Of a DNA stretch of 32,000 nucleotides, positions 1-8,556 are shown piece by piece. Source of the stretch: Pyrinomonadaceae bacterium (lineage in GTDB: Bacteria; Acidobacteriota; Blastocatellia; Pyrinomonadales; Pyrinomonadaceae). The stretch covers positions 3,372,192-3,404,191 of the forward strand of contig OZ252034.1 of the NCBI GenBank assembly GCA_965247805.1. Direction: 5' to 3'. The stretch's first letter is position 1. Every line of letters starts with the position of its first letter. The notes under the pieces were generated by a model. The model worked only from the letters and a program-made list of their open reading frames with translations, did no database searches and was not told the DNA's origin. A program made the translations under genes and the position numbers.

Positions 1-33
1 AGAAATTTAAGCCGCTTTTTTTATGTATTTAAG

Positions 34-108
34 GGCAGAAACCCGCGCGTGAGCAAGGGTGTTTCAAAGTGAGTATTTTGCACCCTTGCTCACGCGCGGG
101 TTTCTGCC
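34..108. repeat. Palindromic element family 1, copy 1 (75 bp, 28-bp perfect arms)
   Basis: Read directly. GGCAGAAACCCGCGCGTGAGCAAGGGTG at 34-61 is the exact reverse complement of 81-108, with a 19-nt loop. A related copy lies at 18698-18775. Confidence 0.9.
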
Positions 109-740
109 TCAATTTCCCAATCTTTGATCAATTCATAAACCAAACTGACCGGCAAACCGACGACGTTCCAGTAATCGCCTTCGATTTTTTCAATAAACAA
201 AGCGGCTTGCGCTTGAACTGCATAAGCACCGGCTTTGTCGAGAGGTTCGCCTTTTTCGGCGAGAAAATTAATTTCCGCGTCAGACATTTCGACGAATTTA
301 ACGCGAGTTTTTTGAATTCCAACAACTGATCTAAATTTAGAAGTTAAACCATCCGCTGCCGCAGATGGTTCTGACTTGATGATTGCCACGCCGGTTAAGA
401 CTTCGTGCCAATTGCCAGAAAGCGTTTTTAACATTCGTTTAGCGTCGGTTAAATCCGCCGGTTTGCCGAGAATTTGACTGTCAATAACGACGGTTGTATC
501 AGCACCTAAAACAATTGCGTCCGAATATTTTGCGGCGACGGTTTCGGCTTTTTCGCGGGCTAATCTTTGGACGTAATCTTCCGGTTTTTCGCCCGGAAAT
601 TCGGTTTCGTCAATGTCGGCGGAGTCTTTGGTAAATTCCCATCCGACCGAAGTCAAAATTTCGGCGCGGCGCGGACTGCCCGAAGCGAGAATCAATTTTG
701 GAAGTTTCATAATTTCGTGGTTTAATTTTAGATGTCGCAA
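90..740 (-). CDS. maf: Maf-like nucleoside triphosphate pyrophosphatase (septum formation inhibitor family)
   Basis: 216-aa ORF. The N-terminal [14 protein letters not shown] motif and the length are typical of Maf/YhdE. The last codons (..EAETRA) and the TGA stop lie inside the right arm of the palindrome at 34-108. Confidence 0.85.
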   Translation of the reverse strand: MRHLKLNHEIMKLPKLILASGSPRRAEILTSVGWEFTKDSADIDETEFPGEKPEDYVQRLAREKAETVAAKYSDAIVLGADTTVVIDSQILGKPADLTDAKRMLKTLSGNWHEVLTGVAIIKSEPSAAADGLTSKFRSVVGIQKTRVKFVEMSDAEINFLAEKGEPLDKAGAYAVQAQAALFIEKIEGDYWNVVGLPVSLVYELIKDWEIEAETRA

Positions 741-787
741 GCATTTAGATTACAACGAACATTGAACGACCGACAAACGACCGGATT

Positions 788-1267
788 ATGAATGAATTGT
801 TTCGCGCATTGCCGGCGCTGATTAAACAATTTGACGACAACGAAAACGTGCGCGAAGCGGTGACGTTTGCCGCGTGGCGCAAGATTGCGGGCGAATCTCT
901 GTCGCCGCACGCGATTCCGCTGAACTTAAATCAAAAACATCTGACGATTGCCGTTTCGAGCGAAATGTGGAAAAAACATCTGCAAAGTCTGAGCGGGCAG
1001 ATGATTTTCAAAATAAATTCGGTGTTGGGGCAGGCAATCGTGACGTTTATCGAATTTCGCGTGGACGAAAAAACGATTGAAACCGCCCGCGCCAAAAACA
1101 ACAAACCGACGCTTTCCGACGAAGAATTAGAGGAACTCGCGCTCAACGAAGTCACACCGAAAATGCGCCGTGCGGCTGATTCAATTAAAGATGACAATCT
1201 GCGCTACCAATTTTTACTGGCGGCGGGAAGCTGTTTGGCGCGGAAGAAGAACTTTTTAAAGAAATAA
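788..1267 (+). CDS. DUF721 (DciA-like) domain protein
   Basis: 159-aa ORF. The AWRKIAGE...HLTIAVSS..W pattern matches DUF721 as recalled; no search was run. Confidence 0.55.
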   Translation: MNELFRALPALIKQFDDNENVREAVTFAAWRKIAGESLSPHAIPLNLNQKHLTIAVSSEMWKKHLQSLSGQMIFKINSVLGQAIVTFIEFRVDEKTIETARAKNNKPTLSDEELEELALNEVTPKMRRAADSIKDDNLRYQFLLAAGSCLARKKNFLKK

Positions 1268-1269
1268 TT

Positions 1270-1551
1270 ATGGACGTTAGAGAAGTAGCAAAACTGGCAC
1301 ATCTTGAAATTTCGGACGAAGAAGTCGCGCTTTACACGCCGCAGATGGCGAATATTGTCGCGTATGTCGAGCAGTTAAACGAACTCGATATTTCAAACGT
1401 CGAACCGATGCTCGGCGGATTAACGGCGGAAGGCGAAGCGACGAACACGCGCCGCGAAGACGTTCCGCACGAATCTTTGGGACAGAAAAACGCGCTCAAA
1501 GAAGCTCCGTCGGCAGTCGAAGGACATTTCCAAGTTCCGAAAGTTTTATGA
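1270..1551 (+). CDS. gatC: Asp/Glu-tRNA amidotransferase subunit C
   Basis: 93-aa ORF. VAKLAHLEISDEEV...YVEQLNELD..VEPM is a typical GatC pattern, and gatA lies downstream. Confidence 0.9.
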   Translation: MDVREVAKLAHLEISDEEVALYTPQMANIVAYVEQLNELDISNVEPMLGGLTAEGEATNTRREDVPHESLGQKNALKEAPSAVEGHFQVPKVL

Positions 1552-2015
1552 AAATAATGATGAACGGTCAATGGTTAATGGTTAATTGGCGAAAGTCTTC
1601 TGGTTTTTGCCTTTTGTCTTTTGCCTTTTGTCTTGCTTCGTGTGGAAGCGTTCCGAATCTGGAAGAGCCGCAATGCACTGATTCGCGGCTGGTCGTGAAG
1701 GAATTTTATTCGTATCATTTCGGCAACGATATGAAATTTTCGCCGGAGAATCTGAAACCGTTGGAGAAATTTATCACGCCGGAATATTTCCGGTCTTTGC
1801 AGAGTTTGCAGACGGAAAACGATATTTTCACGACGAATAATATGGATTTTCCAAAAACATTTCGCGTCGGCAAATGCGAAATTGTCGAACCGGCGAAAAC
1901 AAATATGCAGGTTTTGCTGCTTTGGAAAGACGATACGCGAACCGAACAAAAATCAATTAACGTCGAAGTCATTAAACAAAACGACAAATGGCTGATTAAT
2001 AAAATTTTGAACTAA
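1548..2015 (+). CDS. Putative lipoprotein of unknown function, located between gatC and gatA
   Basis: 155-aa ORF. Its ATG overlaps the gatC stop (ATGA). A hydrophobic stretch is followed by a lipobox-like L-A-S-C (FCLASCGS). The true start may be an internal Met at 1557, 1560 or 1578. Confidence 0.6.
   Translation: MKIMMNGQWLMVNWRKSSGFCLLSFAFCLASCGSVPNLEEPQCTDSRLVVKEFYSYHFGNDMKFSPENLKPLEKFITPEYFRSLQSLQTENDIFTTNNMDFPKTFRVGKCEIVEPAKTNMQVLLLWKDDTRTEQKSINVEVIKQNDKWLINKILN
1570..1632. repeat. Heptamer tandem arrays in the 5' end of the lipoprotein gene
   Basis: AATGGTT occurs twice plus a variant at 1570-1590. TTTTGCC/TTTTGTC alternates four times at 1605-1632. Read directly. Confidence 0.75.
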
Positions 2016-2018
2016 ATT

Positions 2019-3413
2019 ATGTCAATTCGAGAAAACATCGAAAAAACTTTAGATAACGCCGAAAAATTGAACAGCGAATTGAACTCATTTCTGTCAATCG
2101 AGCGCGAATATGCGGCGCAGCGTGCGGACGAAGTGGAAAAAGATTCGGGCGAAAAATCTCTGCGCGGTATGGCGATTGCGCTCAAAGACAACATTTGCAC
2201 AAAGGATTTGCAGACGACTTGCGGCTCGCGGATTCTCAATAATTACAAGGCGCAATACGATGCAACCGCCGCGAAAAAATTAAATGACGCAGGCGCGATT
2301 ATTGTCGGGAAGACGAATATGGACGAATTTGCGATGGGTTCGTCAAACGAATCTTCGGCGTTTGGCAATGTCAAAAATCCGTGGGATTTGGAGCGCGTTC
2401 CGGGCGGAAGTTCGGGCGGTTCTGCCGTCGCGGTTGCGTCGGGCGTGGTTCGTGCAAGTTTGGGTTCGGAAACCGGCGGTTCGGTTCGGCAGCCCGCGTC
2501 TCTGTGCGGTGTCGTCGGACTCAAACCGACTTACGGGCGAATTTCGCGTTTCGGGCTGGTTGCATTTGCTTCGTCGCTCGATAATATCGGGATTTTCGGT
2601 CAAACGTCGAAAGATGTCGCCGACGTTTTGGGCGTGATCGCCGGACGCGACGCGAACGATTCGACGACGGCTGACGTTGCTGTTCCGAATTACCACGAAA
2701 CTTTGAATAATGACATAAAAGGCAAAAAAATCGGTGTTCCGCGTGAATTATTCGGTGAAGGTCTGCAAGAGGAGGTGAGTGAAGCGGTTGAAAAATCTAT
2801 CGAAAATTACCGCTCGCTTGGTGCTGAAATCGTTGATGTCGAATTGCCCTACGCGAAATACGGCATCGCGGTTTATTACATTATTGCAACGGCTGAGGCT
2901 TCGTCAAATCTGGCGCGTTTCGACGGTGTGCGCTACGGTTTTCGGACGGAAGGCGCACACAGTTTGCGCGAAAATTATTTCAAAACCCGTGAAGAAGGGT
3001 TCGGCGCGGAAGTCAAACGCCGCATTATGCTTGGAACTTACGTTTTATCGAGCGGTTATTACGACGCTTATTACTCAAAAGCGCAAAAGGTTCGCGCCCT
3101 CGTCAAACGCGATTATCAAACGGCTTTTGAAAAATGCGATGCGATTCTGACACCGACTTCGCCAACGACCGCCTTTAAAATCGGTGAAAAATCAGACGAT
3201 CCGCTGGCGATGTATTTGAATGACGTTTACACGGTTTCGGCAAACTTGGCGGGCGTTCCGGGCATTTCGATTCCCTGCGGATTATCAGGCGAAGGATTGC
3301 CAATCGGCACACAGCTTGTCGGCAATTTCTGGTCGGAAGGCGTTTTGCTGAATCTCGCTAATATCTACGAAAAAGAATTTCCGCTCGGCGCAAAACCGAA
3401 AGTTTTTGTGTAA
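2019..3413 (+). CDS. gatA: Glutamyl-tRNA(Gln) amidotransferase subunit A
   Basis: 464-aa ORF with the amidase signature [14 protein letters not shown] and the KDNI..TTCGS motif. Confidence 0.95.
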   Translation: MSIRENIEKTLDNAEKLNSELNSFLSIEREYAAQRADEVEKDSGEKSLRGMAIALKDNICTKDLQTTCGSRILNNYKAQYDATAAKKLNDAGAIIVGKTNMDEFAMGSSNESSAFGNVKNPWDLERVPGGSSGGSAVAVASGVVRASLGSETGGSVRQPASLCGVVGLKPTYGRISRFGLVAFASSLDNIGIFGQTSKDVADVLGVIAGRDANDSTTADVAVPNYHETLNNDIKGKKIGVPRELFGEGLQEEVSEAVEKSIENYRSLGAEIVDVELPYAKYGIAVYYIIATAEASSNLARFDGVRYGFRTEGAHSLRENYFKTREEGFGAEVKRRIMLGTYVLSSGYYDAYYSKAQKVRALVKRDYQTAFEKCDAILTPTSPTTAFKIGEKSDDPLAMYLNDVYTVSANLAGVPGISIPCGLSGEGLPIGTQLVGNFWSEGVLLNLANIYEKEFPLGAKPKVFV

Positions 3414-3416
3414 TTC

Positions 3417-3537
3417 AAGTCAGAACAGTGAGCGGTAGCGACCTGTTGATCGCGGCTTTTAAAGTATCCGTTAATTGTTTAATTGAGAATACAGATTGAA
3501 AAGATTAACAGGTCGCTACCGCTCGCTGTTCTGACTT
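3417..3537. repeat. Palindromic element family 2, copy A (121 bp, 31-bp arms, core GAGCGGTAGCGAC)
   Basis: AAGTCAGAACAGTGAGCGGTAGCGACCTGTT at 3417-3447 matches the reverse complement of 3507-3537 with one mismatch. It fills the gap between the convergent gatA and GGDEF-EAL genes. Confidence 0.85.
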
Positions 3538-3539
3538 TT

Positions 3540-5762
3540 TCAGTTCGCTAATCTCAAGTATGAAAATTCGCGGTTTTGAGCAATTATCGTCGGATTATTG
3601 TTCGGGATAATGTTTTGCCAGCGTTGGCTGTCGTCCACGATGATCTGCGCTTCTTCAACCGGCACGGGACGCGAGAAAAGATAGCCTTGCCCATTGTCAC
3701 AACCTAAAATTCTTAGTTGGTGAAGCTGATGAATCGTCTCGATGCCTTCGGCGACGACATCCAGATTCAAGGTTTTCGCCAGCGCGATAATCGTGCGGAC
3801 AATCTCGCCGTTTTCGCTGCCGTCTTCCATCGAACTGACGAACGAACGATCAACTTTGAGCGTGTCAATCGGAAAGCGGTGCAGATAACTCAAGGAAGAG
3901 TAACCCGTCCCGAAATCGTCTATCGAAAGTTTGATGCCGAGTGCGCGAATGTTTTTGAGCATCGTAATCGTGTTTTCGGCGTTTTCCATAATTGCGCTTT
4001 CCGTAATTTCCATTTTCAGACACGCCGGATTGACTTGCGTTTCGACGAGAATTTTGCGAATTTGCTCGACTAAATCCGGCTGGGCAAAATGTTTGCCCGA
4101 AAGATTGACGCTCATTATTAAATTTTTATTGAGCGGGGAACGAGCTTGCCATTTGACTAATTGTTCGCAGGTTTTTCGCAAAATCCAGAGTGTCAAAGGC
4201 ACGATCAAACCCGTGTCTTCCGCAACCGGAATAAATTCAATTGGCGCAACAATTCCGCGCTGCGGATGATTCCAACGCATCAACGCTTCAAATCCCATCA
4301 AACTCATCGTTGCCAGATCAATCATCGGCTGGTAATAAACGAGCAGTTCGTCACGTTCGACGGCGTGGCGTAAATCCGTTTCCATTTGCAGCAGATTGAC
4401 GGCGCGAAGGTGCATTGTTTGATCAAAAACAACGTAATCTTTGCTATTTTTCTTTGCCGAATACATTGCAATATCGGCATCACGCAAAATCTCTTCAGCG
4501 TCTTTATAAGTCTGACTGTTAAGCGCGATACCGATGCTGAAATTTGTAAAAACCTGTCTTCCGTTAACCGAAAACGGTGCGGCAACCTTGCGCCTGATTA
4601 AGTCGGCGACCTGCACTGCATCGTCGCTCATCTCGATATTGTTTAAGATAACGGCAAATTCGTCACCGCCGAACCGCGCTACCAAACCGCCTTTCTGCAT
4701 TATTGATGACAGACGCTTGGCAACTTGCAGAATCAGACGGTCGCCCGCCGTATGTCCGAGACTGTCGTTAATTGTTTTGAAGCGGTTGAGGTCCAAAAAT
4801 AATATGGCAAATTTCGTATTCGGTTTTTGCTGCGATGTTTCCAACAAAGATTTGAGTGATTCGATAAAAAAATTGCGATTCGGAAGTCCGGTCAAACTGT
4901 CGTGATAAGCGGCGTGGCGAAAAAGTTCGCGGCTCTCTCTAAGTGCGAGTCCGGTTTTTTCCTGATCGGTGATGTAATGCTGAAGTTCGATGATGTGATT
5001 TTCGGCTTCTTCAGCGCGTTCGCGTTCGGACTGCTCGGCTTTCGCGGCGGTTTCCTTAATGTCGTTCAAATAGTGGCGGTAAGTCGAATAGATTATTGCC
5101 GAAATTGCAAATGTCGCCATCACCAGAAAAGGGTCAACCCGCTGAAAGGATTTAATGACAAGTCCGGCACACGATGCTCCGGCAACATAAAAAATCAACG
5201 TATTGAAACAGTTTTTATACCAGATTTTCCAGAACGATTTACTGTCTTCGGCGCAGATCAGCGAAACGACCAGTGAATTCATTAAAAACTGTGCGACCGC
5301 CATTACGCAGAGCATTTTGACAAAATTCGTCGGTGTTCCGTTAGCAGTTACATCGCCGATAGAATCGAATATATGTCTGAGAATAAATACAGTTACAAAA
5401 GTCGTGACCGCTGAAATCGCACCGTTTAAAAACAATGTCTTTGTACGAAAATGAACACCTTTTCGCTTTAGATTTAACGAATTAAAAATTGATTCGAGAA
5501 CGGCGAGAACAATTCCGACTTCGCCGCCGTAAGTCAGCAGCGCGATAAAAACCAATGTGTCTGAAACCGTTAAATAGAGATTTGTGCGCGGAATCTGAAT
5601 TTGCAGATAAGAACTAAAAAATACCGTAAATATTGTAAATGCGATTAATCCGCTATCAAATTGGCTGAAAGGAATCTGGAATGCGGAGTGTCCGAAAATC
5701 AATAGTCCGACGGCTAAAGTGATCCAGGTTGGGAGTTCGATTGTTTTCGCCTTTTTCGTCAT
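3540..5762 (-). CDS. Membrane-anchored GGDEF-EAL c-di-GMP turnover protein, paralog 1
   Basis: 740-aa ORF. About 8 predicted hydrophobic helices at the N-terminus, then a charged coiled-coil linker, then RFGGDEF, EALMRW and DDFGTGYSSL motifs. Confidence 0.9.
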   Translation of the reverse strand: MTKKAKTIELPTWITLAVGLLIFGHSAFQIPFSQFDSGLIAFTIFTVFFSSYLQIQIPRTNLYLTVSDTLVFIALLTYGGEVGIVLAVLESIFNSLNLKRKGVHFRTKTLFLNGAISAVTTFVTVFILRHIFDSIGDVTANGTPTNFVKMLCVMAVAQFLMNSLVVSLICAEDSKSFWKIWYKNCFNTLIFYVAGASCAGLVIKSFQRVDPFLVMATFAISAIIYSTYRHYLNDIKETAAKAEQSERERAEEAENHIIELQHYITDQEKTGLALRESRELFRHAAYHDSLTGLPNRNFFIESLKSLLETSQQKPNTKFAILFLDLNRFKTINDSLGHTAGDRLILQVAKRLSSIMQKGGLVARFGGDEFAVILNNIEMSDDAVQVADLIRRKVAAPFSVNGRQVFTNFSIGIALNSQTYKDAEEILRDADIAMYSAKKNSKDYVVFDQTMHLRAVNLLQMETDLRHAVERDELLVYYQPMIDLATMSLMGFEALMRWNHPQRGIVAPIEFIPVAEDTGLIVPLTLWILRKTCEQLVKWQARSPLNKNLIMSVNLSGKHFAQPDLVEQIRKILVETQVNPACLKMEITESAIMENAENTITMLKNIRALGIKLSIDDFGTGYSSLSYLHRFPIDTLKVDRSFVSSMEDGSENGEIVRTIIALAKTLNLDVVAEGIETIHQLHQLRILGCDNGQGYLFSRPVPVEEAQIIVDDSQRWQNIIPNNNPTIIAQNREFSYLRLAN
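3645..3929. repeat. Near-identical tract shared with 6162-6446
   Basis: Manual alignment shows a 129-nt perfectly identical block (3711-3839), flanking identical blocks, one 18-nt divergent patch and four further mismatches. The rest of the two genes is clearly diverged. Confidence 0.85.
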
Positions 5763-6044
5763 TATTAACCCTTGTTATGAAGTCAAAAGTCCGGCTGTCA
5801 AAAATTATTTTTTGTTAAATGCTTTTTAATCTTTTGATATTGCTGAGATTCTCCGGCTCAGAGTGCGATGGTCATACTTATATCAGCAATTTTCGTGCCA
5901 TTTAAGACAGTCAACTTTAACATCTTGATTAAAAAACATTTATAAAATTTTCGCGGCTGACTAAGATTGTGAACCTTTCGCAAATTTACGGACAATTCAT
6001 TCAAAATGACCGAATTTTTATTAATTTGACCTGAAATGAAAATG

Positions 6045-6076
6045 ACCTTCGGAGAATTATTTAGCCAACCGAAGGT
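6045..6076 (-). terminator. Possible hairpin terminator at the stop codon of paralog 2
   Basis: ACCTTCGG (6045-6052) pairs with CCGAAGGT (6069-6076). On the minus strand a T-rich run (TCATTTTCATTTC) follows. Confidence 0.35.
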
Positions 6077-8282
6077 GTGTAAATTCGCGGTTTTGTGCGA
6101 GCGTCGCCGGATTATTGTTCGGAATAACATTTTGCCAGCGCATTTTATCTTCGACAATAAGCTGCGCTTCTTCAACCGGCACGGGACGCGAGAAAAGATA
6201 GCCTTGCCCGTATTCGCAGCCGAGAATTCTTAGTTGGTGAAGCTGATGAATCGTCTCGATGCCTTCGGCGACGACATCCAGATTCAAGGTTTTCGCCAGC
6301 GCGATAATCGTGCGGACAATCTCGCCGTTTTCGCTGCCGTCTTCCATCGAACTGACAAATGAACGGTCAACTTTAAGCGTGTCAATCGGAAAGCGGTGCA
6401 GATAACTCAAGGAAGAGTAACCCGTCCCGAAATCGTCTATCGAAAGCTGTACACCGATTTGTTTGAGACGCTTGAGCATCGAAATCGCCTGTTCAGGATT
6501 GTCCATCACCGCACTTTCCGTAATTTCCAGTTTCAAACATTGCGGCGGCATTTCGGTTTTAATCGTGATTTCCTGAATTCGTTCGACGAGATCGCTGTGA
6601 ACAAAATGTTTGCCCGAAAGATTAACGCTCAGGAATAAAGGCTTTTGTGCCGGATCAAGTCTTTGCAGACGAACGATTTCACGACAAGATTCTTCTAAAA
6701 TCCAATAAGTAATCGCCACGACTAGCCCGGTTTCTTCGGCGACGGGAATAAATTCACTCGGCGGAATCAAACCTCTCTGCGGATGATTCCAGCGAATCAG
6801 AGTTTCAAACCCGTTCAATTCCATTGTGTCGAGCGCGATGATCGGCTGGTAGAATGCACAGAGTTCGCGGCGTTCGATAGCGTAGCGCAAATCGGTTTCG
6901 ATTTGAAGCAGTGTGACGGCGCGAGTGTGCATCGTTTGATTGAAAATCTCGTAGTTTCGCTTGTTGTCCTTAGCGTAATACATCGCAATATCGGCATCGC
7001 GCAGGACTTCTTCGGCTTCGCCATAATTGATGTTGCCAAACGAAATGCCGATGCTCGTATTGATAAAAACTTCCCTGCCGCCGATGTTGAACGGTGAAGA
7101 AAATTTGTAGTTGATGAGTTGCGCGAAACTGACGACATCATCGGTATTTTTGACGTTAGTCAGAATAATCCCAAATTCGTCACCGCCGAAACGTGCCAGT
7201 AAATCTTCGTCCTTAATTAATTCATTCAATCTTTTACCGACGCATTGAATCAGATTATTGCCGATAGAATGTCCGAGACTTTCATTGACGGTCTTGAAGC
7301 GGTTAAGGTCTAAAAACAGCACCGCAAAATTGAACGCGGGATTTTGTTTGTGCTTTTCGAGTTGAAATTTGAGTGTTTCGATAAATGAGTTGCGGTTCGG
7401 CAGTCCGGTCAAATTATCGTGAAAAGCGGCGTGACGAAAACGGTCTTTGCTGACGCGTAAGGCATCGCTGATTTTATTTTGATCGGTAATATGCCGCTGA
7501 AGTTCGACGATGTGATTTTCAGCTTGTTCGGCGCGGTCGCGTTCGGCTTGTTCGGCTTTCGCAGCGGTTTCCCGCATATCGTTAATGTAACGCTTGTAGG
7601 TCATACAGATCAACCCGAAAATTCCGACGACGATGGCGAATAAAAATAAATTGACCTGTGTCAGAGCCTTGACTGCGGCACCCGCAAGAAAGGCGGCGAC
7701 AAAAAACATTAACAGCGCACTTAGTGAATACTCAGCCCAAACACGCAAGACAGTTTTTTCCGATTTAATGGCACTGTAAGCCGTGATTCCAACTGAAGTA
7801 ACGGCAAACTGTAGGCTTGCCATTACAATCAACAGCAATACTAATCGCGTATTATTACCGGTTTCAAGCACGGTATCTACCGAGTTGAACAGATACGCGA
7901 TGACAAACGCCGTCGCGTATGTTGCAGTCGCTGCGACAAAAACATTTGAAAGAATAGTTTTTGTCTTTATTTCAATTGACTGCCGACGGATACTCAGCGA
8001 AGCATAAAGTGACTCTAAAGCCGCTAACAAAACTGCGACTTGTACGCCGTAAACTAATAGTGAAAGAAAAATCAGTGCATCGGAAATTGTGATATGAATC
8101 TCAGTGCGCGGCAATTTGATGCGTAAATACGAACTCAAAAAAATCGTTACAACGGAAAATGCAATCAGCCCGTCATCAATTTTCCCGACCGGAAATCGGT
8201 AAATCGCCCAACCTGACACGGTTAGTCCAATCGGTAAAACAACCGACAAATACAGATTAATATTTCTTTCTTTTTTCTCCAC
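6057..8282 (-). CDS. Membrane-anchored GGDEF-EAL c-di-GMP turnover protein, paralog 2
   Basis: 741-aa ORF with the same architecture as 3540-5762. Motifs are RFGGDEF, ETLIRW (an EAL variant) and DDFGTGYSSL. Confidence 0.9.
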   Translation of the reverse strand: MEKKERNINLYLSVVLPIGLTVSGWAIYRFPVGKIDDGLIAFSVVTIFLSSYLRIKLPRTEIHITISDALIFLSLLVYGVQVAVLLAALESLYASLSIRRQSIEIKTKTILSNVFVAATATYATAFVIAYLFNSVDTVLETGNNTRLVLLLIVMASLQFAVTSVGITAYSAIKSEKTVLRVWAEYSLSALLMFFVAAFLAGAAVKALTQVNLFLFAIVVGIFGLICMTYKRYINDMRETAAKAEQAERDRAEQAENHIVELQRHITDQNKISDALRVSKDRFRHAAFHDNLTGLPNRNSFIETLKFQLEKHKQNPAFNFAVLFLDLNRFKTVNESLGHSIGNNLIQCVGKRLNELIKDEDLLARFGGDEFGIILTNVKNTDDVVSFAQLINYKFSSPFNIGGREVFINTSIGISFGNINYGEAEEVLRDADIAMYYAKDNKRNYEIFNQTMHTRAVTLLQIETDLRYAIERRELCAFYQPIIALDTMELNGFETLIRWNHPQRGLIPPSEFIPVAEETGLVVAITYWILEESCREIVRLQRLDPAQKPLFLSVNLSGKHFVHSDLVERIQEITIKTEMPPQCLKLEITESAVMDNPEQAISMLKRLKQIGVQLSIDDFGTGYSSLSYLHRFPIDTLKVDRSFVSSMEDGSENGEIVRTIIALAKTLNLDVVAEGIETIHQLHQLRILGCEYGQGYLFSRPVPVEEAQLIVEDKMRWQNVIPNNNPATLAQNREFTHLRLAK
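6162..6446. repeat. Near-identical tract shared with 3645-3929
   Basis: See 3645-3929. It encodes the identical peptide LSIDDFGTGYSSLSYLHRFPIDTLKVDRSFVSSMEDGSENGEIVRTIIALAKTLNLDVVAEGIETIHQLHQLRILGC in both genes. Confidence 0.85.
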
Positions 8283-8502
8283 TCAGTTAGTCGGAAAACA
8301 GTAGAACTTATTCAGACGTAGTTTAATTATCTAACGTAAAAAGGAAGCGCAGCTTGAAGGGCAGTATTAAGCCACCTAGTATTATATGCTAAAAGTCGTA
8401 AAATATCCAAGAAATTTATTATCACCGTGTTTACTGGGATTTTCGGCAATAAAGAGCAAAAATCCGCAAACGTGCAAGAGTGTATTTTTTTAATTCACAT
8501 AA

Positions 8503-8534
8503 AAAAGCGGCGGAAAATATTTTCCGCCGCTTTT
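8503..8534 (-). terminator. Bidirectional intrinsic terminator downstream of ptrB
   Basis: Perfect palindrome AAAAGCGGCGGAAAAT/ATTTTCCGCCGCTTTT: a GC-rich stem flanked by an A-run and a T-run, 23 nt from the ptrB stop. Confidence 0.65.
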
Positions 8535-8556
8535 ATTATTTTTAATGCTAAAAGTT

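Noticed and set aside
1-30. AAGCCGCTTTTTTT at the window start could be half of a terminator like 8503-8534.
   Set aside because: The left half lies outside the window, so the call cannot be supported.
5858-6175. 105-aa ORF between the two GGDEF-EAL genes.
   Set aside because: It overlaps the 3' end of paralog 2, lies in the AT-rich intergenic promoter region, and has no RBS or recognisable motif.
6057-8282. The EAL motif reads ETL in paralog 2, which might indicate a degenerate phosphodiesterase.
   Set aside because: The catalytic Glu is retained, and natural active variants at the middle position (for example EVL, ECL) are known. The DDFGTGYSSL and other downstream motifs are intact. There is no basis to call it inactive.
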